64,000 nt of DNA from Fistulifera solaris (taxonomy: Eukaryota), in contig AP026146.1 of NCBI GenBank assembly GCA_030295235.1, positions 496,001-560,000 of the forward strand, read 5' to 3'. Below the pieces are notes generated by a model. That model made no database searches, was not told the origin of the DNA, and was given only the letters and a program-made list of their open reading frames with translations. This document shows, in pieces, positions 57,701 to 64,000 of the stretch (positions within the stretch are counted from its first letter, which is position 1; every line of letters starts with the position of its first letter). A program made the position numbers and the translations under genes.

Positions 57701-60269
57701 ATGATTACAAAAGCTTCTTTACTTTGGTGCATCTTGTATTCTACGATGCGAATGCTTTCACAACAATTCGCACTCCGAAAACGAGCATCATCTTGTTCGA
57801 AGGACGAAATTCGTTCCTTCCCGATCTTTCCGATCTCGCTAAACCGTTAAATGGATTCTTTGGTCCCAGTCGCACCGATGATTCCACGGCTTCGTCACCA
57901 GTGACATTTACATCCACACCGGAAGGACTGGTACTGCAAGCCAAACGCGTTTTGAACTCGGATCTTGGTTTACTCGATCCATCGTTATTGGATGACGAAA
58001 AATTTCAATGGTGAGTCCTACCGTCGACAAGCCTCTCGATAAAACCGATTATCTGGCCGCCGGTCGTTTCTTTGATTTGCGTGCAGCATTTCCGGATCTC
58101 AATTACCGCGCGCATGATTTTCGCATTGATATTGATGATGATGCGACCGTTCGATGCACGTGCCGGATTACGGGGACAATGCGCGGTGCATTGCGGCTGC
58201 GGGACGTATCTTGTCTCCCACCGGAAAGACCATGATCTGTCCGCCGGAAGGATTCAGCATGACATTCGATTTGGAGTCCGGAAAGCTTGTTAAACTTTGC
58301 ACCGGCTTTGCGATGGATCGTTTGGTCGGTAATACGCAAGGGACGACGGGGTTGTTGCTGCCGCCATTACGGGAGGCCAACCAATCTCCGATTGGGATAT
58401 ATACCCACCTGCTACGGTATTGAAACGCTTTTTCGGTAGACCGGTCAAGCCACTTCCGGAAGTATCCAACTTTTTGGCTCCGTTCCCTGAAACTGTCATG
58501 ATACAGCTGGCGAAAGGTATTATCGGTTCGAATATGGCCTCCGTCGACCCTTCCTTGTTAGCACAAAGCTTCACTTACATGACACCTTCACTTGGGCCCA
58601 TTGGAAAGGAAGAATTTCTTGAAAACTTTGCAAAAGAAGAATTTCAAGATGTTGATCCTCGTATCAGTAACTATCGTGTCGATCCGTATGACCCAGAACG
58701 TGTCTGGGTAGATCTGAAACCCGTCGGCACCGGTTATCAGGGTACACCACAGGCCATGTCCTTCACGTTTGATGGGGATGGATTTTGTACGAGAATCACC
58801 GCCGGAGCCGTCTTGGATCCGACCATTGGAAATGGTGGTGGGCTGGGGGGACCGGAAGGTTTGAAATATGCTCGCGGCCAGGCCTCCAATCCGTTAACAA
58901 CTCGACCTCTTCCTCGACTTTTGGCCCGTATCAAAAGGATGCGCTCGCTCCCTTGTCGGGCGTTGCACAGAAAGCATCGACAGTCCAAACAGTAATCTCG
59001 ATACCGAATAGTGCCGAGCCGCCTCGAGCGAAACGTACACCCGCTGCCCCACAGGAGAAACAATTAACACCCTTGGAAAAGCTTTCGGCGTCGGTGGGTG
59101 GGTCGATTAATTTATCCAATCTGGTCAAAGAGGAAAAGGCACCTTCTCCAGCGGTAAAGAGTTCTTCTCCCCCAGTAAGCAAGTCGGTGAAGCAACAATC
59201 GCCTCCATCGAGCATCAAACCACCACCTCCAAAATCGCCGCCGCAAGCCGTACGTCCTACGCCACCTCCTCCACCCAAGAATACCACGCCATTTCCCACG
59301 AAATCTCTGACGTTGCCTCTGGGAAGTATCAACATTCGCACACCTCCAACTCCTTCCTCTCCTAGCAAAGGTGCTAGCTCAATCGCAAAAAACGCGGCCG
59401 ACAAAGCAGCTCAGGCAAAACAGGAACAAAAACGAAAAGAGGCCGCCGAAGCTGCCAAAAAACAGTCTTTGGCCAAGGCTGCGGAACAAGCAGCCCGAAA
59501 GAAAGAAGAGGCGCGAAAAGCAGAGGCAACCAGAATAGAAATGGAACAAAAGAAAGAAGCAACCAGAAGGGCGAGCGAAGCCAAAGCAAAGCAAGAACAA
59601 GCTAAACGAGATCAGGAAGCTGCTCGAGAGCGACTTGTGGCGGACGGCAAGGCCAAGGCAGAAGCGACCAAACGAGCTATGGAACAACAGAAGCAAGCAG
59701 AAGCGCTGCAGAAGAAAAAAGCGGCAGCAATAAAAGAAATGGAAGAAAAGCGTCGCAAAGTGGAGTCTCTGACATCTTTGAACAAAGCGACATCCAGAGC
59801 CACGATCAGCCTCTTCGGGCGTCAGGAAACTACTGCATTGACCTCACCGAAACGTGATTCACAACCAAGTAGGAGTGTCGAAGTCGATCAACAACGTCGT
59901 GATTCGGAAAAGGACCAGAAGGAACGGGAGGAAGCGGCTTTGGCAATGCTTGCGAAAGCCGCTTCGAGAGCCACAATCAACTTGCTTGGATTAAAGAATC
60001 TGGACAACGAACCGTCAAAGTCACCGCAGAAAAAAAGGAATTACCGGCTACACTACCAAAGAGACCGGCTTCCACGAGCAAGGCACCGCAGGGTGCCAAC
60101 GCTTTCGCGATGGCGTGAAAATGCTGATGGCTCCGTTACAGGTAATGTATCGGGGTCGAGAAACTTTACAGATGGAGAAAAGATTACAACCAGCAAAATT
60201 GTGAGAGGGACTTTCGCCTCGGGTGAGATTGTCGTGACTGGTAGTGGCTCCAAGTATTATTTAAATTAG
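57701..60269 (+). CDS. Plastid-targeted multidomain protein: tandem SnoaL/NTF2-like domains, Pro-rich linker, coiled coil, small C-terminal beta domain (several frameshifts)
   Basis: ANA-F presequence. Two related units (AFPDLNYRAHDFRID...GNTQG and ISNYRVDPYDPERVW...IGNGGG), an A/K/E/Q-rich helix, and terminal WRENADGSVTG...ITTS...TGSGSKYYL. Confidence 0.65.
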
Positions 60270-60285
60270 ATTAGTTGATAGCGCA

Positions 60286-63137
60286 CTACGAGATTCGCTT
60301 AGGATTATCACGAATGGATTCGAGCTGTGCTCGAGGTAGAATTTCGTGTTTAGAGTTGACGGGCTGACTAACCCCGTCAAAAATGTCATCCCAATCCTGA
60401 GCGTCTTTGCCATAGCCCCAAGTCATCACTTCATCCCAGTTGTCTATTTGTTGACTTAGTGGCACTTGAGCCTGCTTCTTCAAAATAGTTTTCTCAATGA
60501 TTTGCTCAGCGAGATCATTTCCAACTACTCCAAGCCGCTCTTGAAGGCGTCCGACTGTCTTTATCTGCGCACCACGATTGCTAAGATCGCGTCCATACTC
60601 AAAAACATCGATATCAATACCATTTGCAGCCAAACCGTCTCGAATACTTTCGTAGTACCGCCTTTTCTCGCCTATAAAAAGCTCCAGCTCGAGTCTGTCT
60701 ACGCGAATAATATCTTTCTCGGTCGAATTTCCCAATAACCAAACATTCTTTTTAACAGCAATTTCGTAGGAAACAAAGGTTTCGATGATGCTACGTCTCC
60801 AGAGGACAATGGGGACGCACTTTACTTGTCCAAGACTCTGAAGAAACTGGATTGGGCTCATAGAGAGTTCGTTAAGATGTTCACGGAAAATTTTGAACGC
60901 CAGAATTGAATGTTCTGATGCTGATGGTATGCTACTTATGTAGTTGATCCAGTCAGCTTGTCTCTTGTAGCGACTGTTGAAAACGTCCATAAGCTTTTGG
61001 TATGTCAGTGACCAGGCTCTTCCACTTTCTTCTTTCAGGCGAGCGAAAAACCTCTTATTGGTGCTGTAAGCCCATGTCTCGTCTCCATCGTCGATGTGCA
61101 TTGGTAGGTTACATCCTTCATGCATTGCGTTTACACAGCGCCGAAGCAATCGTACCTGCTCGGCTTCATCATGAGTGTAAGGTTCGAGCATATTGCGAAT
61201 ATCTAGGACGTCTCCTGCACCATCGTGTAGCCCGTCGAGGATATTGAAAAACAGGTTCGATCCAGTACGTGGCTCTCCAAATACCACCAATGATTCACGT
61301 GGTTTAACGGTTGCGTATGTGTGAGCGGGGCATGCCCTAAGAGTCGAAGAATCCTGAAGGTCAACGAGGCTCAGATGACTCGAGTTTTGGAGCCCATCGC
61401 TCGTTTGCTGTGGGGAGAACAATTTACTTGAGCACACACTTAATTTTGGACAAGTCAAATCAAACTTACCGAATAGGTCAACACCATGAAGCAGTTCACG
61501 ACAACGATAAAAACAACACCAAAGCCACGTTGCTTTTGCTGGCTAAAAGACATGCAAAAGGTTTCGACATGGTTGCAGTATTTGGTGATCAAGAAAGAGA
61601 AGTTTACCCAGTATAATCCGATGCAAATTATCATGTTCATCGCTCTGATGAAAATGTCAAAGAGCCCGTAGCCATGCAGTCTTCCATCCAAAGCGAATAC
61701 GTAAATGGTTTGATGAAAAGCCAAGCACAAACCAGCAGAAGCAGTTAAGTCGTCGGTAGGACAAACTTTTATCTTTCGTGCGTTTGTTTTCTCGCAAACG
61801 TTGTTCTTTAGCCCCGCTTTCGGTGTCGTCAAGAATGTCGCATCATCAGAAAAGAAACCTTCCAAAACAGCCTTGACTTCGAATGCTGACATACCAAAAC
61901 GAAGTGCAAAGTACGGCAGAATGACGTTGAGGCGCAACAGACGTGACCACCAAAGGTTGTAATAGCCATTCTCGCTGGGGACCTTTTTCGTAAGAGCGTG
62001 GAGCGCCGAGGCAACAGGTTCAACGATAGCCGAAACGGAGACGGCCTTGACCATTAAAGAATCAATCTGATGGTAAACAAGATATGGATAGACCATGAAA
62101 ACCAATGCCGTCATAATCAATTGCAAAGGCCCACACAAATGCAAAAAGGCTTCCAATTTGACCTGAAAAGGAGTGTGCGGCGAGACCAAAACTTCCCCAT
62201 AAAATATGCGAAGTACTTGAATAAATCCTTTTGTCCACCGCTGTTTTTGTTGAACGTGTGCTAGAAAATTCCCAGGTACTTCGAGCTGCTGGGGCGCAGT
62301 GCGAACATAATGAAACTCATATCCAGCGAGGTATGCCTTGTAGGAAAGAAGTAAATCTTCGGTGACCGTGTCCGAGCTGAAAAGGCCAGCTGCTTGGATG
62401 GCATCTCTTCTCCAAACACCTCCAGTACCGTTGAAGCCAAATACGCCATGGACACGATGACGACCGACTTGCTCTACAACGTGATGAATATCCAACCCAA
62501 GAGCATCACACTCGGTCAAAAGGTTCTCGTGCGTATTGTAATAGCTCCAAGGGGTTTGAACGAGCCCAATATGATCTTTGCACTCGCCGTTTGCGTCATA
62601 GAAATGCGGAATTGTTTTTCGAAGAAAGTCGGTAGTAATTTGATGATCGGCATCAAGATAAGCCACGAATTCGCCTTCAATGAAAGGAAAGTTGTGATTG
62701 AGATTGCCAGCCTTGTAACCAACGCGATTCGGTCGAGCATGCCGCGAAACGTTAAAGCCCTTTTCTCTCCACTCGACGACGGAATTCTCAATAATGGCAA
62801 TACTTTCCTTTTCGGTCGAGTCATCACAGATTTGAATGCTGAGTTTATGTAGCGGCCAATCCAACTTACAGCAGCGTGTAATCGTTTCCTCCACCACATG
62901 TGCCTCGTTGTAGGTGCATATTTGAATAGTGACATGCGGTTCCTTACCCTGTAATAGATCAGGAGGACACGCGTCTTCTGCAGATGACTCGAAGTAGAAG
63001 CAGTAGATCGATACGAGCAAGTTCTTCCAACGGGAAAAGCTATAAAGCCATATTCCGGTTGATGCAGTGAAGAAGACGATCAGGAGAGGCAAATGCCAGG
63101 GGTCGTTCTCGTGAAAAGGATGCAGCGAGATGAGCAT
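60286..63137 (-). CDS. GT2 (cellulose-synthase-like/CslA-type) glycosyltransferase fused to a sulfotransferase domain (predicted intron 61469-61408)
   Basis: GT2 motifs QICTYNE, DDS, YKAGNL, DAD, VQTPW, FNGTGGVWR, TED, QKQRW plus TM helices. Sulfotransferase motifs EPRTGSN and LWRR....FVSY. A phase-0 GTAAGT...CCACAG intron joins them in frame. Confidence 0.8.
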
Positions 63138-64000
63138 CGTTCCGCCCTCTTTGATATTGTAATTTGATTAGAGCGATTGATTTCATTTGTCGCCAATGAA
63201 TCATTTGCATTTGTTGAATTTAGAAGTGATGTTGGCTAAACGGGTCGAAAAGTGACCATCCGATCATTCCGATTGTTTCAATGTTGTATGCATAAGATGG
63301 AAGTGATGCGTGACCTGTTAAGTGTGAACCATATTTCTATTGTGCAAGGGACCTTCTCTTAGTCGTAGTTCCTCTTTGCTACGGTGAAAGCAGGTCTGTC
63401 TTGACTAACTCTCGTCGATCTTAGCAGGATCAAAATACAGCAATTCAGCTTTTGGCATGTCTTACTTTTTATTTATGAAAAGCAAGAGCAGAAGATGACG
63501 ACAGCTCACTTCTCCCTCCTCGTGTGTGCACACAGGCTCCTCCTACTCCTCGTTTAAAACTGTGGAAAACAATCAAACGAGTACCAGTTTTGATCTAGCA
63601 TAAATACTTCGCAACAAAGTGGCTTCTGTTTTATCAGAGCATCATCGACATTCCTTAATGTTCTCAAAACTCCTTGTCACGAATGAAAGCTACGTACTTT
63701 CTGCTAATTTGGTAACTTGTTATTGGATTTAACGCACCCTGAAAATCTCTTGCAACATAGTTGGTAACCCATTGTTGATTTTATCACAATGCATTTTCTC
63801 TGCACCGTTTGCATAGCAATGGTCAAAATTTCGAAATCCTCGTCGACTATCGATCCAAAGTGTATAATCAACTTTACCACGACTGCTTTTCAGTCATGAT
63901 TCATGATCCTTCTGATCAGCCTGTTGTGAAACTTCGTTCGTTCTCCCAGTGGGCGAGACATTCTTCTAATTGCCTATTTGACAATACCTTTTACCTGCTT

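Overview
Gene-dense eukaryotic nuclear DNA, most likely from a diatom or a related photosynthetic stramenopile. The evidence is short GT-AG introns of 58-110 nt, bipartite plastid presequences with AxAF cleavage motifs, and compact intergenic regions. About 26 protein-coding genes can be reconstructed. Many are split in the ORF track by introns and by single-base frameshifts, mostly at homopolymer runs, which look like long-read consensus errors. Recognisable genes include REV7, capping protein alpha, importin alpha, a CTL-like transporter, ornithine decarboxylase, FANCM, PMS2, cyclin L, a METTL21-type methyltransferase and SKI3. The most interesting items are: (1) a GT2 (CslA-like) glycan synthase joined in frame, across a predicted 62-nt intron, to a sulfotransferase; (2) a secreted alkaline phosphatase-GDPD fusion; (3) two dispersed paralogs of a divergent DXO/Rai1-like nuclease fold with altered catalytic motifs; (4) a FANCM carrying NZF and PHD modules; (5) a uORF-rich ODC leader; (6) a palindromic ~34-bp minisatellite with a degenerate relative 20 kb away. 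No rRNA, tRNA, CRISPR array or autonomous transposon was seen. All calls come from motif recognition by eye; no searches were run.
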